Positions 39,119 through 48,667 of a stretch of 64,000 bases of DNA are shown here, piece by piece. Within the stretch, counting starts at the first letter, position 1. Every line of letters begins with the position of its first letter. The stretch covers positions 1,728,001 through 1,792,000 of the forward strand of contig OY968796.1 in assembly GCA_963695545.1 (NCBI GenBank), written 5' to 3'. The DNA is from Terriglobia bacterium. GTDB lineage: Bacteria > Acidobacteriota > Terriglobia > Acidiferrales > UBA7541. The notes below the pieces were generated by a model. The model was not told the origin of the DNA, ran no database searches, and saw only the letters and a list, made by a program, of their open reading frames with translations. The position numbers were made by a program, and so were the translations under genes.

Positions 39119-40798
39119 ATGAGTGGTAAACCAATCGTACTGACTGCGTGCGATTCCGAATCCAACGAATATCTCCGAAGCACCTGGCGCCAAATGTTGC
39201 TGGCGACTTTGCCGGCGCGTTACGCGAAATATATCGGCACCAATTGGTCCGTAAAGAACGAAGTCGCGCCCGACGGCCGCGCTAAATACGTTCCGCACGG
39301 CCTGCGCGTCGTCGAATCGCTGCTGCTCAACGGCAACTTCACCGCCGACGATGTGGTCGTCTGCTACCCCGATCAGTTTGAGCAGTTCATCGGTGACGAT
39401 ACGCGCGTCGTCGGCGTGCACGCGCACAATCCGCTCGGCATCACCTTCGCCACCGACGTCTACGCCTATCTCTATGGCAGCACCATCGAGCCCATCAACG
39501 CCATGGAGTTCCGCCGCTTGATCGAGCATCCCGTGCTGCGCCGCCACAAGCCGCACCTAAAACTCATCGTCGGCGGCCCCGGCGCGTGGCAAATCGAAAA
39601 GAAAAATCTTCAGGACGCCTGGCAAGTCGATTGCCTCGTGCACGGCGAAGCCGAAGATCTGGTCGGCCCGCTGTTTGAATCCGCCTATCGCGGCGAGGAA
39701 ATTCCGCGCAGCCTCACCGGCAAAAGCCCGTCGCTCGATAAAATTCCGCGCATTCACCATCGCTCCACGTTCGGCGCCGTGGAAATCACGCGCGGCTGCG
39801 GACGCGGTTGCCAGTTCTGCAGCGTCGCGCTGCGCAAAGGCAAAAGCATTCCGCTCGCGCACATCCTGGACAACGTCCGCGTGCAAGTCGCCGAAGGCGC
39901 GGACACCATCCTGCTCACCACCGAGGATATTTTCCTCTACGAGCAGGGCCCGAAATTCAAAACCAACGTTCCCGCGCTCAAGCGCCTGCTCGATTCCGTC
40001 GCCGGCGTGCCCGGCGTGAAATACATCATGCTCACGCACGGCACTATCGCGCCCGCCGTCATCGAGCCTGAAGTGATCGCCGAACTTTCCGAAGTCGCCG
40101 TCGGCTACAGCGTGAATAAGCACGCCGATTCCACGCATCCGGATAAACGCTACGCCAATCTCTTCATCGGCCTTGAGACCGGCTCCACGCGCCTCTTCGA
40201 TCAGCACATGAAGGGCAAGGCCTATCCGTATCGCTCGCAGCAGTGGCCCGAAGTCGTGATGAAGGGCATGAACACGCTGAACAAGCACAATTGGTTCCCC
40301 TTCTGCACGTTCATTCTCGGCTTGCCCGGCGAGACGCGCCAGGACACGCGCGAATCGCTTGATCTGCTCTACGCGCTCAAAGGCTCAAAGTGGTGCGTGA
40401 TCCCCACGCTCTTCGTCCCGCTCGAGGAAACGCGCCTCGAGAAAAAAGCCGGCGCCAAGCTCGTCGAGCTCACCGACCTGCAGTGGGAATTTTTCTTCAC
40501 CTGCTGGCGCTACAATCTCGATTTCTATCATCGCGATCCGTCGCTGCGCTGGAAGTTCAGCCTCGGCATTCCGCTCTACTACTACATGCTCGGCCGCAAA
40601 CTTTTCGGCCGCGAAATGAAGTATCCGCTCTTGCGCCTGGGCCATTTCCCCGAATGGTTCCTGCGTCGCAAGCTCTATCTCGATTTCTCGAATGGCGACG
40701 AGGCCAAATATCACGTCCCCGAGCACGTCCCCGTGCCCGAGGATCGCATGCGCCCCGCCCTGCCTGACGTCGATGGCCACGGCCTGGTCGTTCTCTAG
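39119..40798 (+). CDS. Radical SAM protein with N-terminal B12-binding-like domain
   Basis: EITRGCGRGCQFC (CxxxCxxC), VGGPGAWQ, GLETGS, ILGLPGET. Confidence 0.85.
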   Translation: MSGKPIVLTACDSESNEYLRSTWRQMLLATLPARYAKYIGTNWSVKNEVAPDGRAKYVPHGLRVVESLLLNGNFTADDVVVCYPDQFEQFIGDDTRVVGVHAHNPLGITFATDVYAYLYGSTIEPINAMEFRRLIEHPVLRRHKPHLKLIVGGPGAWQIEKKNLQDAWQVDCLVHGEAEDLVGPLFESAYRGEEIPRSLTGKSPSLDKIPRIHHRSTFGAVEITRGCGRGCQFCSVALRKGKSIPLAHILDNVRVQVAEGADTILLTTEDIFLYEQGPKFKTNVPALKRLLDSVAGVPGVKYIMLTHGTIAPAVIEPEVIAELSEVAVGYSVNKHADSTHPDKRYANLFIGLETGSTRLFDQHMKGKAYPYRSQQWPEVVMKGMNTLNKHNWFPFCTFILGLPGETRQDTRESLDLLYALKGSKWCVIPTLFVPLEETRLEKKAGAKLVELTDLQWEFFFTCWRYNLDFYHRDPSLRWKFSLGIPLYYYMLGRKLFGREMKYPLLRLGHFPEWFLRRKLYLDFSNGDEAKYHVPEHVPVPEDRMRPALPDVDGHGLVVL

Positions 40799-41092
40799 GG
40801 ATTCGCGCCCGCATTTTTCCGTTGACGTTTGCAGTTGTAGGGACGGGGGTCGCCGCGGCGACCCTCCGCCCGCCTTTTTTCCGCCCGCAAAAAATCCACA
40901 CTCCCCGGCAGATTTTTCCGTACCCGCCATCCCCTATATCGCCCCTATCTTCCTGTCCCATAGCTACTTAGCCCAATGGCGCTTTGGAACAACAAATGCC
41001 CCCTTACGTCCCGAAAGGCACAGCAATGGAATCCAATTAGTCGTAACAATGAACCACACAACTACGCGGCCGCTACGGCCCGGGAGGAAATT

Positions 41093-41392
41093 ATGAACAT
41101 CACCAAACTTTGCAGCCGAGTGATTCTCACGACTGCATTGGCCGGCGGTCTGGCATTAGCCGTAGGAGCGCCGATCAACGCGGAACCCGACTATAGCAAC
41201 GCCTGTCATCAGCGCCTCGAAAACGATCGCGCCCGCATCGACCACGAAGCCGCGCGCCACGGCGAACACAGTCCACAGGTTGCCCATGCCGTTGACCGCA
41301 TGGATCAGGATCGTCAATGGTGCCGCGACCATCACTCCGATTGGGATCACACCCGCTTTGACGTCGGCATCTATTTCCGTCCAGGCCACTAA
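41093..41392 (+). CDS. Small secreted His/Asp/Arg-rich protein, paralog 1
   Basis: GGGAGG RBS, signal peptide, two Cys; close paralog at 41789. Confidence 0.85.
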   Translation: MNITKLCSRVILTTALAGGLALAVGAPINAEPDYSNACHQRLENDRARIDHEAARHGEHSPQVAHAVDRMDQDRQWCRDHHSDWDHTRFDVGIYFRPGH

Positions 41393-41438
41393 TTGAATCC
41401 GCGGAGCACGGGCGCTGGTTTCAGCCCGTTGCGAGAAA

Positions 41439-41476
41439 GGAGGCTGGTCCTGTCGGATCAGCCTCCTCTGTTTTTT
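41439..41476 (+). terminator. Rho-independent terminator
   Basis: GGAGGCTG/CAGCCTCC stem plus T tract. Confidence 0.75.
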
Positions 41477-41477
41477 C

Positions 41478-41640
41478 GTACCGCAGGCATCCTGCCTGCA
41501 TGCCTGTCGCATACGCCTTTCTGCGTCGCCTCGTTCCTTCACGCTGTCTTCCCGCCTGCCCGCCGCAGCCTTGGCGAAGGCGGGAACCCGGTCGCCCCGG
41601 GCGAACGACGGTGCCTGCCCGCCGTAGGAGGGAGTGATCT
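41478..41640. repeat. Cluster of REP-like palindromes
   Basis: GTACCGCAGGCATCCTGCCTGC; CCCGCCTGCCCGCCGCAGCCTTGGCGAAGGCGGG; second GCCTGCCCGCCG at about 41613. Confidence 0.6.
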
Positions 41641-41788
41641 GCTTTCGCGGTTCGCCGCAGTCCGCAAGGGAGGGTCTCCATTTCCGCATCGCGCTTCTCC
41701 GTAACTCTTCGCCTCGCGTCTGAATCAAATCAATCGTACGAAGCAGTCTTCCATTTTTGAGGCCGTTGTGCCCCAGGAGGATCTCACG

Positions 41789-42082
41789 ATGAAAAGCACC
41801 AAGCTTTTAAGCCGAATTCTCTTCACCACCGCGCTCGCCGGCGGATTGGCATTAGCTGTCGGAACTCCAATCAACGCGGAACCCGACTACAGTAACGCTT
41901 GTCATCAGCGTCTCCAGAACGACAAGGCCCGCATTGACCACGACGCCGCCCGCCACGGCAACGACAGTCCCCAGGTCCAGCACGACGTCGCCCGCATGGA
42001 CACCGACCGCCAATGGTGCCGCGATCACAAAGCCGATTGGGACCACAGCACCTTCGACATCGGCATCTACATACATAAATAG
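41789..42082 (+). CDS. Small secreted His/Asp/Arg-rich protein, paralog 2
   Basis: AGGAGG RBS; shares TTALAGGLALAVG and PINAEPDYSNACHQRL with paralog 1. Confidence 0.85.
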   Translation: MKSTKLLSRILFTTALAGGLALAVGTPINAEPDYSNACHQRLQNDKARIDHDAARHGNDSPQVQHDVARMDTDRQWCRDHKADWDHSTFDIGIYIHK

Positions 42083-42131
42083 CCGCCGCAGCTACGCCCA
42101 GCGCAGTTCCGAGCACAGTCGAGGGGCCCAT

Positions 42132-42268
42132 AAGGAGGCTGATTCCCAAAAATCAGCCTCCTTCGCTTTGGTAGCACAGGCACTCCTGCCAGGGTGCCGC
42201 TCGCAGTAGCCTGTGTAACTTTCTGTGGGTGCCGCACCCTTTGTCTTTAAGGGTGCGGTTTTTGACTT
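42132..42268. repeat. Terminator hairpin followed by REP-like palindromes
   Basis: AAGGAGGCTGATT/AATCAGCCTCCTT; GTAGCACAGGCACTCCTGCC; CCGCACCCTT/AAGGGTGCGG. Confidence 0.65.
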
Positions 42269-42377
42269 TGCTTTTCCCGGACGCCCCCGCACTCGCTCCG
42301 AACGGGCGAACGTGGGCCGCTGATCTTTGCCTATGTAGTGCCAGCCGTTCAGGCTGGCATCTTGTTTTCAGCTTGGC

Positions 42378-42566
42378 TTATCTCGAATGCAAACGAATCA
42401 CCGAAGGCTTTTCCCCGCCATCGAAGTGGCAACTCACCGCGTCCCGCACCATCTTCCTCAATTCCTCAAGGCTCTCCGCCTGCGTGAAAATGGCACATCC
42501 CAGCGCGCGCGCCTCGTACCCGCCCTCCGGCGATTCCTCCACTGCGAAGATGATTTCTTTTTGCGT
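42378..42566 (-). pseudogene. HicB-like antitoxin remnant
   Basis: (T)QKEIIFAVEESPEGGYEARALGCAIFTQAESLEELRKMVRDAVSCHF..IRLHSR; first codon ACG with an in-frame TGA four codons upstream; no hicA partner seen. Confidence 0.7.
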
Positions 42567-42768
42567 CGACCCGCATCAGCGTATCCGGGAACTCCCACGC
42601 CGGGACGTGCAACGGCCGGATTCCCATTTCGACGTTCCTCCGTGAAGTTCTCGACCCACTAAGTGGGCGCAGTTCCATCGGTCGCGTTTGGCCAGAGGAT
42701 TGCTAACGCAAGAGTTGATCAATCCGACTGTTTTGCGTTTAGAAGTATCGGAGTGATAAAGTCGCGGG

Positions 42769-43614
42769 GTGGCACGAAAACGCACTCAGCCCGCGTCCCA
42801 ACTGAGTCATGACGAAGAATACTTTGAGACATTGGCCGGAGCTCTCCGTGTATGCGCGAAATACAAACCGATGTTCGGCCAAGGAAGAGCCGGTGGCGGA
42901 ATGACGCTAGAGCAATTTCGTCAATTGTACGGGTCTGATCCGTTCTACAGCTGGATCGGCATGGATTCACCGATGATGTACGCCGCTCACAAGGCGGCGG
43001 GAGGTATGACCTCGATTTACAGGCAAGTCGGAATCGGAGCACAGTGGATTTTCAACAAGGTGTTGCAACACACGCTTGGACTGTCAGCAGAACAAGCAGC
43101 GTGGGTCTACGAAGTCCCAAAAACAGGCGTGGGAACCAGAAAGCTGTCACTTGACGGCAGGATTGAGGTCCGCGATATTGCGGACGTGAACGCAAAGCGA
43201 CGAGTCCAAAACTGGATCAACAGTGGACTGAAAAGGGTTCTCGTTGATCCAGCGGCCGCGAGCGCTCCCAAGATGGGCGCCGTGTTCGAAGTTCGTCAGG
43301 GATACAAGAGCAAGGACTCCAAACGTCAGAACGCCGACCTTGCCAACGCCGCCAGCGCCTACGTTGAAGGCTATATGCCGGTTGTCGTGTTACTCTCGAC
43401 CCAGATAGACGGGGACGTCGCAATGCGCTACACCGAGGCTCGTTGGCTGTTGTTGACGGGAACGAAAGCAGGAAGCACGGTCGAGAGCACATATGCCTTT
43501 TGCCGAGACGTTCTCGGCTACGATCTCGCGGCGTTCTTTGAGCGCAACTCCGCGCGCTTCAAAGGCGAGATTGAAAAGGTGCTGACAGCACTATTGAAAC
43601 CCGATGGCAAGTAG
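42769..43614 (+). CDS. Putative type II restriction endonuclease
   Basis: Overlaps MTase start; SLDGRI...FEVRQGYKSKD resembles a PD-(D/E)XK variant; atypical composition. Confidence 0.6.
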   Translation: MARKRTQPASQLSHDEEYFETLAGALRVCAKYKPMFGQGRAGGGMTLEQFRQLYGSDPFYSWIGMDSPMMYAAHKAAGGMTSIYRQVGIGAQWIFNKVLQHTLGLSAEQAAWVYEVPKTGVGTRKLSLDGRIEVRDIADVNAKRRVQNWINSGLKRVLVDPAAASAPKMGAVFEVRQGYKSKDSKRQNADLANAASAYVEGYMPVVVLLSTQIDGDVAMRYTEARWLLLTGTKAGSTVESTYAFCRDVLGYDLAAFFERNSARFKGEIEKVLTALLKPDGK

Positions 43615-44854
43615 AGCCTCAACCGCAGTCCAACGTCTCGATCACCTCACTCACCGGGGCAACACGAAGTACACCCGATACGGATGGCTGCGACTGACGC
43701 CCGCGTTCTCTATACATCTAATCCTTGATCTCGTAAGGTCCCTGCCGACCGATGCTCGCGTCCTTGATCCGTTCTGCGGAACGGGCACAACCGCGCTTGT
43801 ATGCGCAGAGGAAGGCGTGGACTGTGACACGGCCGACATCAATCCGTTCTTGCTGTGGCTGGCCTCCGCAAAGACTGCCAACTACTCCAGACAGGAAATC
43901 GAGGCCGCCAAGAACGGCGCAGAACAGATCACGGTGGCGCTGCGAAACCGAAACGGGAAAACGGCCTCTTGGTACCCTCCACTGTTTAACATCGAAAAGT
44001 GGTGGGACGGCCCGATTCTGGAACGACTAGGCAAGATCAGGTCGATGATCGAAGATCAAGCAACGCAGCTAGGCCCGCAGGCCACGACACTGCTCAAAGT
44101 TTCCTTTTGCCGAGTGGTGATCGAGCTAGCGAATGTGAGTTTCGGGCATCAGTCGATGTCTTTTAAGAAGCCGCAAACCCAGATGGTGCTGCAAATTTTG
44201 ACCGACGCGACCGAAACAGTCGCGGATAAATGGCTCGAGACCACAAACAGCATACTTCAGGCCGCTCAGACACACATCCAGACCAAGCCGAACTGTTTGC
44301 CCTGTGACGCACGGAGCTTGACCGACACTTTTGCGCGAGCGAGCTTTGATTGTGTCATCACCTCACCGCCGTACCCAAACAGAATGAGCTATATACGCGA
44401 ACTTCGTCCCTATATGTACTGGCTCGGTTATCTGTACGATGCGCGCCAAGCCGGCGAACTCGACTGGAAAGCAATCGGAGGGACCTGGGGTTGCGCGACA
44501 AGCAACCTCAATGCGTGGCAAGCACCTGAATCAGGAATCCCGTTCTCAGAATTCGGGTCAATCCTGGCCCGAATTTCCAAGTCGAGCGGGCTGCTTTCCC
44601 GTTATGTCCACAAGTATTTCTGCGACATGGCGGTTCACGTTCGAGAATTGTTCGAGGTTGTGAAGCCCGGCGGAACTGTGCACTACATCGTGGGCAACTC
44701 GAAATTCTACGACGTCTTGTTGCCGGTGGAGCAGATATTCACATGCCTGTTCGAGCATGCCGGATTCGTGGATGCAAACTACACCGTTGTCCGAAAACGA
44801 ACGTCGAAGAAAGAATTGTTTGAATACGACGTCACCGCGACAAAACCGCTCTGA
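43604..44854 (+). CDS. DNA amino-methyltransferase (probably N4-cytosine, alpha-type motif order)
   Basis: DPFCGTGTT (motif I) before TSPPY (motif IV), VGNS. Confidence 0.88.
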   Translation: MASRASTAVQRLDHLTHRGNTKYTRYGWLRLTPAFSIHLILDLVRSLPTDARVLDPFCGTGTTALVCAEEGVDCDTADINPFLLWLASAKTANYSRQEIEAAKNGAEQITVALRNRNGKTASWYPPLFNIEKWWDGPILERLGKIRSMIEDQATQLGPQATTLLKVSFCRVVIELANVSFGHQSMSFKKPQTQMVLQILTDATETVADKWLETTNSILQAAQTHIQTKPNCLPCDARSLTDTFARASFDCVITSPPYPNRMSYIRELRPYMYWLGYLYDARQAGELDWKAIGGTWGCATSNLNAWQAPESGIPFSEFGSILARISKSSGLLSRYVHKYFCDMAVHVRELFEVVKPGGTVHYIVGNSKFYDVLLPVEQIFTCLFEHAGFVDANYTVVRKRTSKKELFEYDVTATKPL

Positions 44855-44883
44855 CTGCGGGCGGGCCTTTTCCACCCCTCCTA

Positions 44884-45117
44884 TTCGAATAGCTCATTAA
44901 TTTACATTGACACACAAGTACAGTTCGTGCTAAGCTTCTGAATGTACGCCGAACACATCATCCGTTTTTTCGCCCCCAACCCTTCTAGAATCAATACTTC
45001 TGAAAAATCGCATTTTAAACCTTTTAGAATCACCAGTTCTGGCGCAAAGGACTTAAAGTCGTTCAGAATCAGCACTTCCAAAAAACACCCGGGGGGGAGG
45101 GGGGTACCCGCCCTCCA
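44884..45117 (+). other. AT-rich promoter-bearing repeat element, copy B
   Basis: TTGACA(44907)-18 bp-TAAGCT(44931), ATG at 44942, AGAATC cores at 44987/45026/45065 (39-bp period), CCCGGGGGGGAGGGGGGTACCC end. Confidence 0.65.
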
Positions 45118-45157
45118 TGTATCGGTTTTTTCGATCGTCGCCGCGGCGGTGGCTTTC

Positions 45158-45183
45158 GTAGCGGAGGCCTTCAGGCCTCCATC
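45158..45183 (+). repeat. GTAG-type REP-like palindrome, copy 2
   Basis: Identical to 2553-2578. Confidence 0.8.
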
Positions 45184-45223
45184 CTCGTGGAGTATTATGG
45201 CGCCGGGTGAAACCACAACTCCA

Positions 45224-47065
45224 ATGACAAAACTTAGAATCGCGCTCCTACTCACGCTTCTCGCCGTCGCATCGACTGCTTGCGTTACCGCGCGCGCGCA
45301 AAGCACTACGGCGCCGGCCGCGACGGCCTCCGCGCCGCCGAACGTCACGCCCCCAACGCCGGTTCCGGGGCCGTATACGCTTGGTCCGGATTCGCAGCGC
45401 CAACCCAACGTGCCGCAGGGCGTGGTGACGAAATATACTTGGAGCACCAGCCAAATTTATCCCGGCACCACGCGCGACTACTGGATCTACGTTCCCGCGC
45501 AATACACAGCGACAAAGCCGGCTTGCCTGATGGTTTTTCAGGATGGCGGCGGAATGGTCGGCGAGACCGGCGGCTGGCGCGTGCCCATCGTTTTCGACAA
45601 TCTGATCGCCAAGGGCGATATGCCGGTGACCATCGGCGTGTTCATCAATCCCGGCGTGCTCACGGCGCTGTCGCCAGAAGTTCAGCAGAATCGTTTCAAT
45701 CGCAGTTACGAGTACGACGCGCTCGGCGACCGCTACGCACGTTTCCTGAGCGAGGAAATTCTGCCGGAACTCGCGAAGCTCTATAACATCTCGACGGATC
45801 CGAACGACCGCGCCATTGCCGGCTCAAGCTCCGGCGGAATCGCCGCGTTCAATGCCGCATGGAATCGACCCGATCAATTTCATCGCGTGATGAGCTTTAT
45901 CGGCAGCTTCACCAATCTGCGCGGCGGCGACGCGCTCGCCACGCTGATCCGCAAGACCGAGCCCAAGCCGCTGCGCGTTTTTCTGCAGGATGGCAGCGCT
46001 GACCAAAACATCTACGCCGGCAGTTGGTACCTCGGCAATCAGCAGATTTTCACCGCGCTGCAATACGCGGGTTATGAAAGCACGTTCGTCGTGGGCACGG
46101 GCGGCCATAGCGGCGCGCAAGGTGGCGCAATCCTGCCCGATGCGTTGCGCTGGTTGTGGAAGGATTATCCGAAGCCGATCGCCACTCCCGCGCCCGCCAT
46201 GGGCGCTGAGGCTCCTGCGGCTTTCATCGATCCCGCCAGTGGATGGCAACTCGTCGGCGATGGATACAAATTCACCGATGGCGCCGCGGTCGATAAGCTC
46301 GGCAACGTTTATTTCACGGATCGCCCCAACAATCATATTTACAAAATCGATCTCGACGGCAAAGTCAGCATGTGGCGCGAGGACGGCGAAGGCGCAACCG
46401 GCATGGTCTTCGGCCCCGATGGCCGCATGTATCTCTGCGAGCCGGCGCGCCATCGCATCGTCACCATCGCGCCCGATGGCACGGAAACCGTGCTCGCCGA
46501 AGAGATCGACGATCCGAACGATCTCGCCGTGCTCGCGAACAACACCGCCTATTTCACCGATTCCAATAAACACAACGTGTGGTTCATCGACGCCAAAGGA
46601 AACAAGCGCGTCGTCTACTCCGGCACGGACACCTCGGGAATCAATTTCCCGAATGGCGTGCGCACCTCGCCCGACGAGTCCCTGCTGATGGTTTCGGACA
46701 CGCGCAATAAATGGGTTTGGTCGTTCCAGATCGAGGCGGATGGCTCGCTCACGAATGCCGAACCGTTTTATCGCCTCGAAACGCCCGACGACGATTCGCA
46801 AAGCGATGGCGACGGCATGACCGTCGATACGCTGGGATTTCTCTACGTCACCACGAAGCTCGGCGTGCAGATTTGCGATCAGCCCGGCCGCGTCGAGTTG
46901 ATTCTGAACAAGCCGTCAGACGGCTGGCTTGCGAGTATCGCCTTCGGCGGCCCGGACATGCAGTGGCTCTACGTCACCAACAAGGACAAGGTTTATCGGC
47001 GGCACATGGTGCGCACCGGCATTCCGTCCTGGGCCGTGCTGAAGCCGCCGACGCCGCATTTGTGA
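45224..47065 (+). CDS. Secreted fusion of Fes-like esterase and SMP-30/gluconolactonase beta-propeller
   Basis: Signal peptide; VFQDG, GSSSG nucleophile elbow; FPNGV, DGMTVD propeller motifs. Confidence 0.85.
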   Translation: MTKLRIALLLTLLAVASTACVTARAQSTTAPAATASAPPNVTPPTPVPGPYTLGPDSQRQPNVPQGVVTKYTWSTSQIYPGTTRDYWIYVPAQYTATKPACLMVFQDGGGMVGETGGWRVPIVFDNLIAKGDMPVTIGVFINPGVLTALSPEVQQNRFNRSYEYDALGDRYARFLSEEILPELAKLYNISTDPNDRAIAGSSSGGIAAFNAAWNRPDQFHRVMSFIGSFTNLRGGDALATLIRKTEPKPLRVFLQDGSADQNIYAGSWYLGNQQIFTALQYAGYESTFVVGTGGHSGAQGGAILPDALRWLWKDYPKPIATPAPAMGAEAPAAFIDPASGWQLVGDGYKFTDGAAVDKLGNVYFTDRPNNHIYKIDLDGKVSMWREDGEGATGMVFGPDGRMYLCEPARHRIVTIAPDGTETVLAEEIDDPNDLAVLANNTAYFTDSNKHNVWFIDAKGNKRVVYSGTDTSGINFPNGVRTSPDESLLMVSDTRNKWVWSFQIEADGSLTNAEPFYRLETPDDDSQSDGDGMTVDTLGFLYVTTKLGVQICDQPGRVELILNKPSDGWLASIAFGGPDMQWLYVTNKDKVYRRHMVRTGIPSWAVLKPPTPHL

Positions 47066-47077
47066 GTGCCAAAATTC

Positions 47078-48667
47078 TTAGGCTGCGGGTTTTGCGACGA
47101 TCGCCGGCGACTCAAGCGGCTCGCGTTTTCGCGCCGCGAGCCACGTCCACAGCGTGAGCCCGCTGCGCGCTTCGGCCCGCGCCGGAGCGATGATCGCCGT
47201 CGCGTAGCCCACGGCGAGCAGCACGACGTTGCCCACGACGCCGATCATGTATTCGTGCCACGTGAAGCGCGGCAGATGCAGTCGCGCCGCGACGCTCGCG
47301 CTCTCCGTCAGCGTCGCCCAGAGCGTGAAGACCAGGTTCGCGGCGATTCCGAGTTGTGCCGCGCGCGCCGTCGCTCTCGTGCTGAGGAACGCCAGCAGGA
47401 ACAGGCCCGCAAGCCCTCCTGCGACGACGGACATCACGCCGTAGTAGAGCGTGAGCGCCGTGCCGTGGCTGTGGATCAGCGTCCACGCCACCGCCAGCGC
47501 GGCGGCGCCCACGCCGAGCACCGCGACGCGCCCGACGCGCAGTTGGGCCGGGTCGCCGCTCGCCGGCCGCAGGAGGCGGTACCCGTCTTCGACGATGATC
47601 ATGGAAAGACAATTTAAATCCGACGCCAGCATGGCCATCGCCGCGCCGAACAGCGCCGCGAGAAAAAGTCCGGCAACGCCCGGAGGCAAATGCGTCGAGA
47701 AGAAGTACGGGAAAATCTGGTCGCCCTTCGTCACGTACGCGGGCAAGTGCTCGCCGGTGATCTGGAAGTACGACCACAGCAACGATCCGATCAGCATGAA
47801 CAGCGCCCACACTGGAATGCACAGCGCCGCGCCGAGCAGAATGCCGCGCAGCGCGGCGCGATCGGTCTTGGCGGAAAGATAGCGCTGCACCACCGATTGA
47901 TCGGCGGTGTATTTCTGGAGGTAGTACGACGTGCCGTAGAGCAGCAGCACCAGCATCGTCGGTGAGCGCAACGAGAGCGACGCGCTGCCAAGGCTTATCT
48001 TGTGCGCGTCCCACGCGACGCTGAGCGCGTGCGCTGGCCCGCCCGGCGGCAGAAAAAGTAGGTAGCCGACAGCAACCAGCCCGCCGCACGCCAGCAGAAT
48101 GGCTTGCAGCACGTCGGCCCAGATTACGGCTTCAAGCCCGCCGACCAAGGCGTACAACACGGCGACCACGCCGGCCAGCAGCAGAAGCGATTCGACGCGC
48201 CAACCCGTGATGCTGTTCACGGTGAGCGCGAGCAGATAAAAAACGAATCCCATCTTGGCGAGATGTCCGACGCCGAACATCAGCGCCGCGTAAACGCGCA
48301 CCGGTTTGCCGAAGCGGCTTCCGAAATACTCGAACGCGCTCATCCTCACCGCGTGGCGATAAAACGGCACGATCACAAATCCCGCGAGCAACGGGATAAG
48401 GAGAATCATCGCGCCCGGCATCATCAGCGACCAATCGCCTGCGAATGCCGATCCCGGATACGAGACGAACGTGAGGCTGGTGATAATCGTGGCGAGCAGC
48501 GAAATGCCCATCGCCCATCCGGGAATCGAGCGCCGCGCGACGAAGTAACTCTCCGTCGTGGTTTGCCGCCGCGAGAAGTACAGACCGAGCGCGAGCAACA
48601 CGACGAGGTACAAACCGATCACGGCGGGATTAATCCACGCCGCGCTGATCGACGCGGCGCTGCTCAT
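47078..48667 (-). CDS. Sodium:solute symporter (SSS family)
   Basis: YFVARR, GGLEAVIWADVLQ, DQSVVQRYLS; start 48667 (ATGA overlap) or 48799. Confidence 0.9.
   Translation of the reverse strand: MSSAASISAAWINPAVIGLYLVVLLALGLYFSRRQTTTESYFVARRSIPGWAMGISLLATIITSLTFVSYPGSAFAGDWSLMMPGAMILLIPLLAGFVIVPFYRHAVRMSAFEYFGSRFGKPVRVYAALMFGVGHLAKMGFVFYLLALTVNSITGWRVESLLLLAGVVAVLYALVGGLEAVIWADVLQAILLACGGLVAVGYLLFLPPGGPAHALSVAWDAHKISLGSASLSLRSPTMLVLLLYGTSYYLQKYTADQSVVQRYLSAKTDRAALRGILLGAALCIPVWALFMLIGSLLWSYFQITGEHLPAYVTKGDQIFPYFFSTHLPPGVAGLFLAALFGAAMAMLASDLNCLSMIIVEDGYRLLRPASGDPAQLRVGRVAVLGVGAAALAVAWTLIHSHGTALTLYYGVMSVVAGGLAGLFLLAFLSTRATARAAQLGIAANLVFTLWATLTESASVAARLHLPRFTWHEYMIGVVGNVVLLAVGYATAIIAPARAEARSGLTLWTWLAARKREPLESPAIVAKPAA

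Noticed and set aside
44975..45085. 39-bp array as a CRISPR array
   Set aside because: Only three degenerate units, linkers too short for spacers, no cas genes in the window.
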